A stretch of 64,000 nt of DNA from Candidatus Omnitrophota bacterium. GTDB lineage: Bacteria > Omnitrophota > Gorgyraeia > Zapsychrales > Zapsychraceae. Every line of letters starts with the position of its first letter. The first letter of the stretch is position 1. The stretch is taken from assembly GCA_029261065.1 (NCBI GenBank), contig JAJDCB010000006.1, positions 284 through 64,283 of the forward strand. Reading direction: 5' to 3'. The translations under genes were made by a program, and so were the position numbers. This document shows, piece by piece, positions 36,769 through 47,254 of this stretch. The notes beneath the pieces are model-generated. The model was not told the origin of the DNA. It was given only the letters and a program-made list of their open reading frames with translations, and did not search any database.

Positions 36769-37776
36769 CTATGCATATTTTAATTTTTTGAGATAATTAA
36801 ACCCTACTAATCGTTGATGCTGCTCATCCCAAAGACGAAAAGTCAATGACTTAAAACTTGTCAGTAGAGTAATCGGCTTGATTTCCCGAAACATAGCGTT
36901 TTCATTATAACACTTTTCTAGAAAATAGTTAGGAATACGTGGGGTTAGATGATGGATGTGATGATAGCCAATATTTCCGGTAAACCACTGTAATATCCTA
37001 GGTAATTTTAGAAAAGAACTCCCTTTTAAAGCTTCTGTGACATAATCCCATTTTTCATGTCGTTCCCAATAAACACCTTCAAACTGATGCTGCACATAAA
37101 ACAACCAAACGCCCAAGGAAGCTGCCATCGCTAAAATAGGTAGTTGAATCAAAACATACGTTTTAAATCCTATCAAAAGACTTAAACTCGCGGCTAAGAT
37201 AACCACCCCCAAATTCGTTAAGTGAACACTTTTTATGCTTTTTGAACTCGCTCCTTTTGCCGGTAACCGATGAGAAATAAGAAAAAGAATGCTTGGTCCA
37301 ATAAGAAACAAACAAATGGGATTACGTGCAAAACGATATTTAATACGTGTCCAACGATCAGCTTTAAGGTATTCCTCGACTGTCAATGTCCAAACATCAC
37401 CCCATCCACGCTTATCTAAATTACCCGCTTGCGAATGATGCACAGCATGTTCATGCCGCCAGTATTGATATGGTGTAAATGTTAAAACGCCTGTAACAAA
37501 ACCCCAAAAGTTATTCGCTTTTTGTGATTTAAAAAATGAACCATGCCCGCAGTCATGAAAAATGATAAAAGCACGCACCAAAAGTCCTGCAGCAATAACG
37601 GTTAAAGGCAACATGAGCCAAAAAGAAACACTCAATGCCTTTATCATCACATACCACAACAAAACATACGGTATAAGCGTGTTAAGTAATTGGCCTATAC
37701 TTTTTGACCTCTGAGGATATTGATACTTGGCCACAATTTTTTGCCAATCCTCTATATTTGAAGGGAAATCACTCAT
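36769..37776 (-). CDS. Membrane fatty-acid desaturase (Bacillus Des-like)
   Basis: His boxes HDCGH, HAVHH, HHIHH plus FYVQHQFE. Confidence 0.92.
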   Translation of the reverse strand: MSDFPSNIEDWQKIVAKYQYPQRSKSIGQLLNTLIPYVLLWYVMIKALSVSFWLMLPLTVIAAGLLVRAFIIFHDCGHGSFFKSQKANNFWGFVTGVLTFTPYQYWRHEHAVHHSQAGNLDKRGWGDVWTLTVEEYLKADRWTRIKYRFARNPICLFLIGPSILFLISHRLPAKGASSKSIKSVHLTNLGVVILAASLSLLIGFKTYVLIQLPILAMAASLGVWLFYVQHQFEGVYWERHEKWDYVTEALKGSSFLKLPRILQWFTGNIGYHHIHHLTPRIPNYFLEKCYNENAMFREIKPITLLTSFKSLTFRLWDEQHQRLVGFNYLKKLKYA

Positions 37777-37898
37777 TTTTATACTCCTTAATCCGACTAA
37801 AACAACCCCTATAACTATAAAAGTTTTAAGTAAGTATAGCGTATATTCCCGCTGGGAACAATTAGTATTCCATGAAAGGTCAGATCATGGATCAACGC

Positions 37899-37926
37899 TT
37901 GACACATTAACATAGGAAACTATAAT
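37899..37926 (+). promoter_or_regulatory. Consensus sigma70 promoter for the DUF4197-like gene
   Basis: TTGACA-16 nt-TATAAT. Confidence 0.7.
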
Positions 37927-37961
37927 CAATTCATTATCCATTTCATCTAAAGGAGCTTGTC

Positions 37962-38747
37962 ATGAAATTAAAAATTATCGCAATCGTTATGGTTCTATGT
38001 TTGATCCCCCAACTGAGCTTTGCTGGATTTGATTGGCTTAAGAAAAAGGCAAAAGAAATGAAAGAGAGTTCACTCGATAGCGTACTAAGTTCTGATAATG
38101 CCTCCGACACGTCCTCAACACAATCTTTAACCGATATTAAATTAAGTGAGACAAAAATTGGAGCTGGTTTAAAAGAAGCGCTTAAGATAGGTATCAACAA
38201 CACAATAGAGGCCGCCAGCCAGAAAAACAGTTATTTAAATAATGAAAATATTAAAATTATGCTACCCGAAAGATTGAAACTCCTGGATTCTGGACTTCGA
38301 AGATTGGGTTATGGCGAGAAGGTTGATGAATTTATTCTTAGCATGAATCGCTCAGCAGAAAAAGCAGCCCCTTACGCGAGGGATATTTTTCTTGATGCTC
38401 TTTTAGATATGAGTATTGATGATGCAAAAAAACTCTATGCCGCCTCCGACACAGCGGCAACGGAATACTTCAAAGACAAAACTTACAAGAAACTTCAAGA
38501 AGCCTTTAAGCCTTCTGTGGAAGCTACGATCAAAGAATTTGATGTCACGCGTAAGTACAGTGACATCACCGACAAATATAACAAAATTCCTTTTACAAAA
38601 AAACTACCTGATATAAGCATTGATAATTATGTCATTAAAGAAACACTCGATGGTTTGTATTATCTTCTTGGACAGGAAGAAACAAAAATTCGCAATAATC
38701 CTGCAGCGCGCGTTACTGACTTGTTAAAAAAAGTATTTAAAAAATAA
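37962..38747 (+). CDS. DUF4197-like exported protein
   Basis: Signal peptide; GLKEAL, MNRSAEKA, AATEYF, EETKIRNNPAARVTDLLKKVF. Confidence 0.85.
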   Translation: MKLKIIAIVMVLCLIPQLSFAGFDWLKKKAKEMKESSLDSVLSSDNASDTSSTQSLTDIKLSETKIGAGLKEALKIGINNTIEAASQKNSYLNNENIKIMLPERLKLLDSGLRRLGYGEKVDEFILSMNRSAEKAAPYARDIFLDALLDMSIDDAKKLYAASDTAATEYFKDKTYKKLQEAFKPSVEATIKEFDVTRKYSDITDKYNKIPFTKKLPDISIDNYVIKETLDGLYYLLGQEETKIRNNPAARVTDLLKKVFKK

Positions 38748-38762
38748 CCGATCAACTCGTGC

Positions 38763-39605
38763 TTACTTTTCGTTCTTCACTGACTGGGCTGCGTCCCAAG
38801 CAATCATTGTCGATTTTCGCACCTCCCCCCAACGGTATTGCCCTATGATGCCGGTTTCTCTAATAACGCGATGACATGGAATGACATAAGCTATTGGATT
38901 CTTTCCAATCGCTGATCCAACAGCGCGAGCGGACTTTGGTTGTCCGATCATCTTGGCTATATCGCCATAGGATAACAACTGTCCTTGAGGAATTTTTAAC
39001 AACGCCTCCCAAACCTTGATTTGAAAACCCGTTCCTTTAAGATCTAATATCATCCTTTTACTTGGAGAAGTTTGTTTATTCAAAAAATTCATCACCACCA
39101 AGGACTGCTTTCCCTTTTTTTCTAGCATTTGAGCATTTTTCCATTTGGATGTTAATTCGTCTAAAGCTGTTTTTCTATTTGGCACAAAACTCAAATGACA
39201 AATGCCTTTTGGTGTCTCTGCTATAAGAACATCACCAAACAAGCTGTTGTAAAAACCATATAAAATTCGAACCTCATCGCCTTGACTTTTATACTCACCA
39301 GGGCTAACGGACTCTATTTTAACAAATAAGTCATGCAACCGTCCCGTTCCGCTTAGCCCAACGTCATAAGACGTTCGAAGAGTCGACGATCCTTGTTCTA
39401 GAAGTTTTTTAGCATGCTCAATTGTTAAAAACTGAATAAACGATTTAGGACTAACCCCCGCCCAATCTTCAAATAATCTCTGAAAATGAAATTTACTTAA
39501 ATGAACGTGATGCGCAATCTCATCTAAAGAAGGCTGATTTTGATAATTGTCTTTTAAAAATGTAATAGCCGCTTCGATGCGGGAATAGTTAAGAGAAGAA
39601 TTCAT
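38763..39605 (-). CDS. AraC-HTH + methylated-DNA--protein-cysteine methyltransferase (Ada/Ogt-like)
   Basis: SKFHFQRLFEDWAGVSPK HTH; GTGFQIKVW; IPCHRV active site. Confidence 0.93.
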   Translation of the reverse strand: MNSSLNYSRIEAAITFLKDNYQNQPSLDEIAHHVHLSKFHFQRLFEDWAGVSPKSFIQFLTIEHAKKLLEQGSSTLRTSYDVGLSGTGRLHDLFVKIESVSPGEYKSQGDEVRILYGFYNSLFGDVLIAETPKGICHLSFVPNRKTALDELTSKWKNAQMLEKKGKQSLVVMNFLNKQTSPSKRMILDLKGTGFQIKVWEALLKIPQGQLLSYGDIAKMIGQPKSARAVGSAIGKNPIAYVIPCHRVIRETGIIGQYRWGEVRKSTMIAWDAAQSVKNEK

Positions 39606-39611
39606 AATTTG

Positions 39612-39640
39612 AGTATAGATAAAACGTGAGGTTTGTGCAA
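39612..39640 (-). promoter_or_regulatory. Sigma70 promoter giving a probable leaderless ada/ogt transcript
   Basis: TTGCAC-17 nt-TATACT, then 6 nt, then ATG; no SD. Confidence 0.6.
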
Positions 39641-39682
39641 TCCGATAATTGCGGTTGGATAAATAGAGACTATTAGGCCTGT

Positions 39683-40189
39683 TTATTTGATCGTATCACT
39701 AAGAGTCGCTGCCATAGAAGATGGAAAGGCGACCAGAATAATCCTTTTAATGGCTAACATGTGATCTGTTTGCCAAGGGCATTTTTCTATGACTGTCAAA
39801 AAAAGTCCAACAGCCAATAATGATAACCCGTACGTCGCAGCAATACGTTTTATAAACTGAAAGACATGCCCTTTGAAATTAAATCTGTAAAAATTAAAAT
39901 ACACAAAACACATAATAAAAAAAACAGACATGCCAGCCACATAATAAATATTTTTCATAGGAAGTTGCTCTGATAACACCCATACTTCTTCTGTTAAGGC
40001 AACAGGCACACACAAAAGATACGACCCTACAATAATCTGAAACATATCTCGAGGTTTAAGCTCTACCTGAAAAGGAGTAACGATACTGTGAATCACTTTT
40101 CCTGTGTTGTCGACAATTGGCGTTACTTTTTGTAAATAACCCCCAATTCTTTCAACAAACTGCTTTATTTCTTTTTTGGGTTCTTCCAT
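39683..40189 (-). CDS. DUF2391-like membrane protein
   Basis: RDMFQIIVGSYLLCVPVALTEEVW motif; 4 TM. Confidence 0.7.
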   Translation of the reverse strand: MEEPKKEIKQFVERIGGYLQKVTPIVDNTGKVIHSIVTPFQVELKPRDMFQIIVGSYLLCVPVALTEEVWVLSEQLPMKNIYYVAGMSVFFIMCFVYFNFYRFNFKGHVFQFIKRIAATYGLSLLAVGLFLTVIEKCPWQTDHMLAIKRIILVAFPSSMAATLSDTIK

Positions 40190-40221
40190 ATTGATTTAAT
40201 TATACTACTGATCCTGTCTTT

Positions 40222-41499
40222 CTAAAAACTTTTCTTATATTTCAAGTAGAGCTTATCATCATTCACTGCTTTTTGCTTAGGATCCAGATCGTCCAAACTC
40301 TGCGTCTGCTTAACTTCGCGCTCAACTCCCACCGATAATTCATCGGTCACTTGATATTCCCCTTTAATCGTTTGTTTTTCTGTTATGATTTGGTTTTCCG
40401 TAATTTGTCGCTCCACCCCATAACCAATATCTAAATTTTCAGTGACAACTTTCTTAGCCTCTATCCCCTTCGTATCTTTCTCAAAAGTCACTGATACATC
40501 ATATATTCCCAATTCATCAGTAAATTTATTCGTTTTTCCTGCAAAAAAATAGTAATCAATGAAATCTTTGGTTAATTCTTTAGAGGAAATCAACCCAGTA
40601 TCCAAAGAACTTTCTACACTTTGCCAACTCTTACCTGTAGCCAACATAACCATCAATTTTTCACGGCTAAATGAAGGCTCCGATGACAAAGTTAAATTTG
40701 ACTTCTCTAACACCCCGTTTAGCCCCAGCTGAATCTTTGTTTTCTCAACCTTTGCCTTACCCGATATATTAAAACTTGGTTGACTTAAAACCCCACTAAA
40801 ATTAATTTTACCGTTAATCTCTTTTATTGTTGATTTATGCGCTTTCAAAGATCCTTCACGAATTGTAATATTACCAAATAATTGAACGTCTCTTTTAATA
40901 TTTTTCAAAACAATGTCTAGATGCAACGGTGTCTGCATTAAAATAAAACCTTTATATAAAAACTTATTAATATTTAAATCACCAACCACACGCGGCTCTA
41001 GATAATCACCCTTTACATACAAATCAATATTCGTCACATCGCCTTTTATCGGTATAAGCCTCTTTAAATCTGGAAGATAACTCAGCACCTCATTGACATT
41101 AAATCCATTCGAATAAATATTAAAATCAAACTTCCGTTTCTGAAGAGTTCCCGAGATGATGATGGATTCAGATTCGGAAAAATTGATACGTGTATTTTCT
41201 AACTTTAGAAAAGCATTTTTATAATTAAGCTTTTCAACCTTTACAGTGAGTTGTTGAATTTTGATAATCGTACCAGAGGGGAGCTCTTGAATATTTGTTA
41301 TTTCAATATTTTTTAACGAAATTCCACGAGCAATGGTACCTGTTACACTCTTAAAGGTAATATTGTTTCCATAAGAATATTTCGAAATAAGAAACTCAAG
41401 AGTTTTTTGACTACCTGATGTCGTAAATAAGACAATGTAAATGACCCCAGTAATTATAGATAGGAAAATAACAATACATATAAGAATTTTTGTTTTCAT
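40222..41499 (-). CDS. Short TamB/AsmA-like protein
   Basis: N-terminal TM, beta-taco-like repeats, LTLSSEPSFSREKLMVMLATG resembling the TamB C-terminal domain. Confidence 0.65.
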   Translation of the reverse strand: MKTKILICIVIFLSIITGVIYIVLFTTSGSQKTLEFLISKYSYGNNITFKSVTGTIARGISLKNIEITNIQELPSGTIIKIQQLTVKVEKLNYKNAFLKLENTRINFSESESIIISGTLQKRKFDFNIYSNGFNVNEVLSYLPDLKRLIPIKGDVTNIDLYVKGDYLEPRVVGDLNINKFLYKGFILMQTPLHLDIVLKNIKRDVQLFGNITIREGSLKAHKSTIKEINGKINFSGVLSQPSFNISGKAKVEKTKIQLGLNGVLEKSNLTLSSEPSFSREKLMVMLATGKSWQSVESSLDTGLISSKELTKDFIDYYFFAGKTNKFTDELGIYDVSVTFEKDTKGIEAKKVVTENLDIGYGVERQITENQIITEKQTIKGEYQVTDELSVGVEREVKQTQSLDDLDPKQKAVNDDKLYLKYKKSF

Positions 41500-41513
41500 A
41501 ACTAAAGAAAGCC

Positions 41514-42230
41514 CTAAACGAGATCGAATAATAAAAATTCAACTCGACTCAAAGCTTTTATCGTAACTTTTTCAACATCATCAACAGCGAGACCATCCCC
41601 TTTTGAAATTTCAATATTATTTGCTGTCAAAGTGCCGTCTATTATTTGAATCCACACACCACGGCCCTTATTTATCACAAACTCGGTTTGTTCTTCTATA
41701 TCTAGCGAACCGAAAAAAATATAGGCATCTTGATGAATATAGAGAACCCCGTCTTTCTTATCATTTGTAGCAAATAACTTTAAACCATTTACACTCTTTA
41801 AATTCTTTAATGTAAGTTCTTGGTAAGATGGTGTTAAATCATTTTCGTTTGGCATAATCCATATTTGATACATAAGGGTATGCTTATCCTTTGATGGATT
41901 AAATTCACTATGAACAATACCTTTTCCTGCCGTAATTTTTTGGACGTTTCCGGCCTGAATAATAGAACCATTTCCCATATTATCTTTATGTTGGAGTTCT
42001 CCCTCGATAATATAAGAAATAATCTCCATATTTTTATGAGGGTGCATGCCAAACCCCTTACCAGGATTAATCCGATCGTTATTCATTACCCTTAACGATC
42101 TATAAAACATATGTTGGGGGTCATAATAATCTGCAAAAGAAAATGTAAAGCGAACATCCAACCATCCATGGTTAGCGATCCCTCGATCATCTGATTTTCT
42201 TAATTTATAATTTTCTGGTATTTTCGTCAT
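41514..42230 (-). CDS. Pirin family protein (YhhW-like)
   Basis: RFTFSFADYYDP, GFGMHPH.NMEI, H.D.MG, AGKGIVHSE, QIWI.P. Confidence 0.93.
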   Translation of the reverse strand: MTKIPENYKLRKSDDRGIANHGWLDVRFTFSFADYYDPQHMFYRSLRVMNNDRINPGKGFGMHPHKNMEIISYIIEGELQHKDNMGNGSIIQAGNVQKITAGKGIVHSEFNPSKDKHTLMYQIWIMPNENDLTPSYQELTLKNLKSVNGLKLFATNDKKDGVLYIHQDAYIFFGSLDIEEQTEFVINKGRGVWIQIIDGTLTANNIEISKGDGLAVDDVEKVTIKALSRVEFLLFDLV

Positions 42231-42256
42231 AGCGAAACTTGGGCCCTATTAAAGTT

Positions 42257-42601
42257 TTATTCCCGAAAGAAGTACAGCGCTGCCGTTAAGCCTACGCCCA
42301 CTAAAAACAATATTATTGTTCCACGAAAAAAATAAGGATACGCCATTAAAGCGATGCCTATAAACATCGGTCGAAATTCAGAATTCTTCTTTCCATAAAC
42401 AAACGCGACAAAACCAATACTACCAAATAAGATTCCAGCTACTAAGCCCCATATTGAAAATCCAGCTATTAGACCATTACTCTCGACATTGCCGTCTGAA
42501 TACATTTGTGCGACTTCACCAACGAGCTCTTTTGTATCTTGAGAGTAAACCGTTGAGGTGATCAAAATTCCAAGAATTAAAAACAATAATTTCTTCATCA
42601 T
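42257..42601 (-). CDS. Small membrane hypothetical protein
   Basis: Signal plus 3 TM; GSIGFVAFVYGKK...LMAYPYF. Confidence 0.7.
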   Translation of the reverse strand: MMKKLLFLILGILITSTVYSQDTKELVGEVAQMYSDGNVESNGLIAGFSIWGLVAGILFGSIGFVAFVYGKKNSEFRPMFIGIALMAYPYFFRGTIILFLVGVGLTAALYFFRE

Positions 42602-42610
42602 TATTCTTCT

Positions 42611-42955
42611 TTAGCCACCATATTTTTCCGCACAATTAATACACATATTTGATTCCGGCAAAGCTTTTAATCGTTCGAACCCAATCATCCCCTTGCAATA
42701 CTGACACTGACCAAAGGTGCCTTCATCAATTTTTCTTAAACCCTCTTGTAATTTAAGAATGTTACTGCGTGCTGTTGCCAAATTAGCTTCTTGCATCTGC
42801 TGAATTTGTATGGCATCCATACGTGTCAATCGTCCTATCGCGCGGTCGGGCTCCACAGGCTTAGATGTCTCTTCTAAACTTTTAATGTTCGATTCGATAT
42901 CAGCCATACGCTGCTCAATGCTCGCTTTAAGTTCTGCTATTTCTTTAGGTGTCAT
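42611..42955 (-). CDS. TraR/DksA C4-type zinc-finger protein
   Basis: Coiled coil with GRLTRMDA; CQYC...RLKALP...CINC. Confidence 0.9.
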   Translation of the reverse strand: MTPKEIAELKASIEQRMADIESNIKSLEETSKPVEPDRAIGRLTRMDAIQIQQMQEANLATARSNILKLQEGLRKIDEGTFGQCQYCKGMIGFERLKALPESNMCINCAEKYGG

Positions 42956-43042
42956 CCAATGTCATCCTTTATCTTTATTTATGTCGATTTTTTTGACACA
43001 GGGGATTCTGGGAGGGATAACGCATTTTCCTAAAATATTAAA

Positions 43043-43420
43043 TTACTCACCAATGGCTTTTTTTATTTTCTTAAACAATTCATCAGCATTGAAAGGCTTA
43101 GCGATCGTAGGATAGAAAACCTCCTCAATATTTATGCCTTGAATCATCTTTTCATCATCTTTTGTTACAACCGCCGTCATAAAAATAATAGGAATAGAGC
43201 TTAAATTAGAATCGGCCTTCAAAAGTCTGACAGCATCCCCCCCATTCATATTGGGCATCATAATATCCATTAATATTAAATCTGGGTTTTCCTTTTTGAC
43301 AAGCGCAACGCCTTTTTGTCCATCATTTGCCAATAAAACGTCATAACCATTTGCTTCCAAACGAATTTTTACCATCTCAGCAAATTGAGGTTCATCATCA
43401 ACAATCAAAATTTTTTTCAT
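43043..43420 (-). CDS. Single-domain response regulator
   Basis: IVDDE, LMDIMMP, FMTA, AKPF. Confidence 0.9.
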   Translation of the reverse strand: MKKILIVDDEPQFAEMVKIRLEANGYDVLLANDGQKGVALVKKENPDLILMDIMMPNMNGGDAVRLLKADSNLSSIPIIFMTAVVTKDDEKMIQGINIEEVFYPTIAKPFNADELFKKIKKAIGE

Positions 43421-43501
43421 TAGTTAATTCTCCATTAAAGATTAATTAAACCTGCTTAATAAACACTTTTGGATCGATTGATCAAAATATCTCAACCTAC
43501 A

Positions 43502-45496
43502 TTAGATAATTTCATTAATAACTTTAATTAAATTTTCAAAGTTTCCTGTTTTAAGAATAATTGGAATTGCGCCAAAACTACTAGAGTCTCTTTGGACATC
43601 TTTTGTATTCTTCGCTGTTAAAATAATAACAGGAATAGATGCTGTATTCAAATCTCCTTTTAACCGTCCTAGAACTTCATACCCGTTCATTTTCGGCATC
43701 ATGATATCTAATATAATTAAATCCGGTTTACTTTCCTTAATCATCTTTAATGCCTCTTCCCCACCGTAAGCTGGTTCGACATGATAATTTTGATCTTTTA
43801 GCCGATACTTGAGGATATCAAAGACTTGCGGATGATCATCAACTATCAAAATATTTCTCTTTTTATGAACACCTTCCAAAGCAACCGATATTAATCCCTT
43901 TCTATCTTGGGCTGAACTTGGAAAAATAGCGGATCCATATTTCAAATCAACCTCAATTAGCTTTTTCTGATCATTAAACTGACATTTTGAAATTGCTTCT
44001 TTGATACGACCAATAGCAGCGTCTCCTCCCACTTCATTCGTTTCTGGCAATAAAGCATAAACGGTATTAAGATCATAAAGAAAAGCCTTATCAGCTTTAC
44101 GTGAATTAACTTGCTCGATAGTAACAAAAATTATATTGATGATCTTAAAAAGGACATCCTCACCAAAAGCACTTCTTATTTCTTGAAAATTCTTTAGAAA
44201 AATTAAAACAAACGTCACAGGCTTCTTAATAGCACGGGCTTTTTTCAAAACATTTTCAAAATAAAAATCAAACTCTGACTTAACAACTTCATATGTAGGA
44301 AGGGTAAAAAAGAAAACCGATCCTTCCCCAAGCTTACTTTCTGCCCAAATTTTTCCTTGATGCAGCTCAACAAAGTTTTTACAAATAGACAACCCCAAAC
44401 CTGTGCCTTTTATTCCAGCCCCATCTTCCCGTCCAAATTGTTGAAATTTTTTAAAAAGTTTTTGCATATCCTCTTTTGCAATGCCCTTTCCTGTATCTTT
44501 CACACTACAAAGAACATCTCCCTCTCTTTGAATTAAAGAAACATTAATACTTCCCTTTTCATGCGTGAATTTATACGCATTATTCAAAAGATTTGTAACC
44601 ACTTGTATAATTTTATCTTTGTCGATATTAAGATACACCTTATTTTCAGGCAAATTGACCGTCAAAGCAATTTTTTTCTCTTGAACAACTCTCTGATAAC
44701 AATCAACCGCCTCTTGAATAACTTTCGTAATATCCGTAAAATTTTGAAACAACTCCATCTTTCCCGACTCAATCTTTGATATATCTAAAAGATCATCAAT
44801 AATCCGACTAAGCCGTTCAAGATTTTCTTTTGAAGCAACCAAAAGACTTCTCTGTTTTTCATTAATCTCGCCTGCTAAACCATCAACAACAAGATTTATC
44901 CCTTCCGTCGATATAGCTAAAGGCGTTCTCAATTCGTGGGAAACCGTAGAAACAAAATCTGATTTAAGTTGATCCAACTTCAAAAGCTCTTTATTCTTTT
45001 TCTCCAATTTCTTATACAAAGAACGTAATTCTTTATTGGTTTTCTCAAGCCCCACTTTTTGAACTTCAAGCTCTTTATTAACTTCATGAATCTCATTTTC
45101 TAACCGTTTCTGCTCAGTAATGTCATCCCATATAGAAATAAAATGTGTTACATTTCCCTGTACATCCTTAATCGGAGAAACAATCTGCTCAGCGACATAT
45201 ATATCTCCATTCTTTTTTTTATTAATAACTTCCGATTTAAATTCCTTTCCCTGTGATATTGTCGTCCATAAAGAAACATAGTATTCCTTACTTTGCAGGC
45301 CTGAACTCAAAATTTTGGGCGATCGGCCAACAGCCTCTTTTTTGCTATACCCCGTTGTTCGCTCAAAAGCAGGGTTAACATACTCAATAATTCCTTCATT
45401 ATCAGTCACCATGACATGATTAGAAATTTGCTCCAAAGCAAAATAGAGTTCTTTTATTAATTTTGGTCTTATTTTTTTAGCTTGATCTTTATTCAT
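43502..45496 (-). CDS. Cytoplasmic PAS histidine kinase with a degenerate GGDEF-like domain and C-terminal REC
   Basis: NifL-like PAS; SHELRTPL; GTGLGL; GGDEF-fold-like segment lacking the motif; REC (IVDDH, LDIMMP). Confidence 0.88.
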   Translation of the reverse strand: MNKDQAKKIRPKLIKELYFALEQISNHVMVTDNEGIIEYVNPAFERTTGYSKKEAVGRSPKILSSGLQSKEYYVSLWTTISQGKEFKSEVINKKKNGDIYVAEQIVSPIKDVQGNVTHFISIWDDITEQKRLENEIHEVNKELEVQKVGLEKTNKELRSLYKKLEKKNKELLKLDQLKSDFVSTVSHELRTPLAISTEGINLVVDGLAGEINEKQRSLLVASKENLERLSRIIDDLLDISKIESGKMELFQNFTDITKVIQEAVDCYQRVVQEKKIALTVNLPENKVYLNIDKDKIIQVVTNLLNNAYKFTHEKGSINVSLIQREGDVLCSVKDTGKGIAKEDMQKLFKKFQQFGREDGAGIKGTGLGLSICKNFVELHQGKIWAESKLGEGSVFFFTLPTYEVVKSEFDFYFENVLKKARAIKKPVTFVLIFLKNFQEIRSAFGEDVLFKIINIIFVTIEQVNSRKADKAFLYDLNTVYALLPETNEVGGDAAIGRIKEAISKCQFNDQKKLIEVDLKYGSAIFPSSAQDRKGLISVALEGVHKKRNILIVDDHPQVFDILKYRLKDQNYHVEPAYGGEEALKMIKESKPDLIILDIMMPKMNGYEVLGRLKGDLNTASIPVIILTAKNTKDVQRDSSSFGAIPIILKTGNFENLIKVINEII

Positions 45497-45622
45497 TGTA
45501 GGCTCTTCATAATTTTAATACTCATCTTCTGACGTATGCTCCTTGAATTTACACTCTCAAGCATAACGCCAGTTCACTTATTATAATACTAGTATTAGAT
45601 TACAATAATTAAAAAATAAATT

Positions 45623-47254
45623 TTATAGATCGGCCTCTTGCTGTAGTTTTAATAACTTCGTGGAAACATATTTTTGATACATTCGCCTGTCAAAACACCC
45701 TAAAACATTCTCTTGTGAATCAATAACTGGGATAAATCCAAGATGGTAACGATCCATATAAGTCTTAGCTTCAAAAAGTGTTGATTGATCAGAAATCGTA
45801 TAATGAAACGATTGTTTAATATCCTCACCCAATAATAAATCGCCAGAATCTTCTAATAACAACGAATTCTTAATACTATCTATATTAATCGTACCTGTAA
45901 TCTTACCATCTTTATTAATAACAGGGTATTGCGAATATGGACTGTCACTAAAAATGTTTAAAATCGTCATTAAAGGTGTATTCTCTCTAATAATAGGATA
46001 TGCCGCATCTATGACGTCACTCACCATAATCGTCTTCATAAGATCTTCTTCCGTGACATTCTTTCCATCTTCATGAGCTTGGGTTATTGCCCACTTAACA
46101 CAAGGCGGCCCGATCAATTGCACAACAAATGTTGTTGCGGCAACAACATTAATAATTAATAAACCCGCCTGCTGACCTTCTGTTCCCGTCATACTTAAAT
46201 TATGATTGATAGATAAAGCAAGTCCCATAGCAACACCACCTTGGGTAAACAAACCAAAACCTGTATATTTAGTAACATCTTTCCTAGATTTTGTGATAAT
46301 ACCACCTAACATCGTCCCATAAACTTTCCCTAATGTTCTTGCCACCAAATAGGCCAATATAATACTTAACAATGTCACGTTTAAAAAAACATGAATATCT
46401 AACTGTGCGCCGATGGCAACAAAAAATAAAATGTAGAGCGGTGTCGACATTTCTTTAATCGTACCGAAAATCTTCTCACTAATTTTAGGCATCAAGTTAG
46501 CCATCGTTGCTCCAAAGGCCATACTTGAAAGAATTAAATCAAGATGCAGATACATCGATAACCCGACACCTGCACAAATCACGCCTAAAATAAATGAAGT
46601 AACCAAAGCATCTTCTTTAATATGCTTACAAACCTTAACCACAAATAGAGCACTAACAGCACCTAATAGCAGACATTCAAAAATTTCAAGGATAGGAACC
46701 CCTAAACCTTCCCACCAAGAAAAAGTTTGTTTAAGTATCATGGTCTTTGAAAAGACACTCACAAGGCCATAAAGAATAAGGGCAAGTGCATCGTCCAAAG
46801 CAATAATAGAGGTTAACGTTCGTGTGACAGGGCCTTTGGCTTTATATTCCCATAAAACATTCATTGTTGAGGCTGGATCAGTTGCTGAGGCAATGGCTCC
46901 CAAAATTAATCCTAGATACAACTTTTGAGTAATGAACGTGACAATAATCGCCACAGCCAAAAAGGAAAGAATCCCTTCAGCAAAAAGGATTGAATATATC
47001 GAACCTCCATGTTTTTTAAAAACAGATCCTTTTAATTCCGATCCAATAACACAACCAATGATGCCTAATGTAAAATTGACTAAAGGTTGCAAGGATTGAA
47101 CAATCTCTCCTTCAAAGACATGTAAGAAAGATTTACCAATCACCAGACCTAAAATAATATAACCAACCACCTGCGGAATTTTAAAACGTTGAAAAACTTT
47201 CCCGCTGATAGTTCCAAGGAAAATCGTTGATCCAACTAAAAAAAGAACATTCAT
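45623..47254 (-). CDS. Cation:proton antiporter with a C-terminal CBS pair
   Basis: ASATDPA, ALDDA, FFVAIGA TM core; CBS-like C-terminal domain. Confidence 0.88.
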   Translation of the reverse strand: MNVLFLVGSTIFLGTISGKVFQRFKIPQVVGYIILGLVIGKSFLHVFEGEIVQSLQPLVNFTLGIIGCVIGSELKGSVFKKHGGSIYSILFAEGILSFLAVAIIVTFITQKLYLGLILGAIASATDPASTMNVLWEYKAKGPVTRTLTSIIALDDALALILYGLVSVFSKTMILKQTFSWWEGLGVPILEIFECLLLGAVSALFVVKVCKHIKEDALVTSFILGVICAGVGLSMYLHLDLILSSMAFGATMANLMPKISEKIFGTIKEMSTPLYILFFVAIGAQLDIHVFLNVTLLSIILAYLVARTLGKVYGTMLGGIITKSRKDVTKYTGFGLFTQGGVAMGLALSINHNLSMTGTEGQQAGLLIINVVAATTFVVQLIGPPCVKWAITQAHEDGKNVTEEDLMKTIMVSDVIDAAYPIIRENTPLMTILNIFSDSPYSQYPVINKDGKITGTINIDSIKNSLLLEDSGDLLLGEDIKQSFHYTISDQSTLFEAKTYMDRYHLGFIPVIDSQENVLGCFDRRMYQKYVSTKLLKLQQEADL

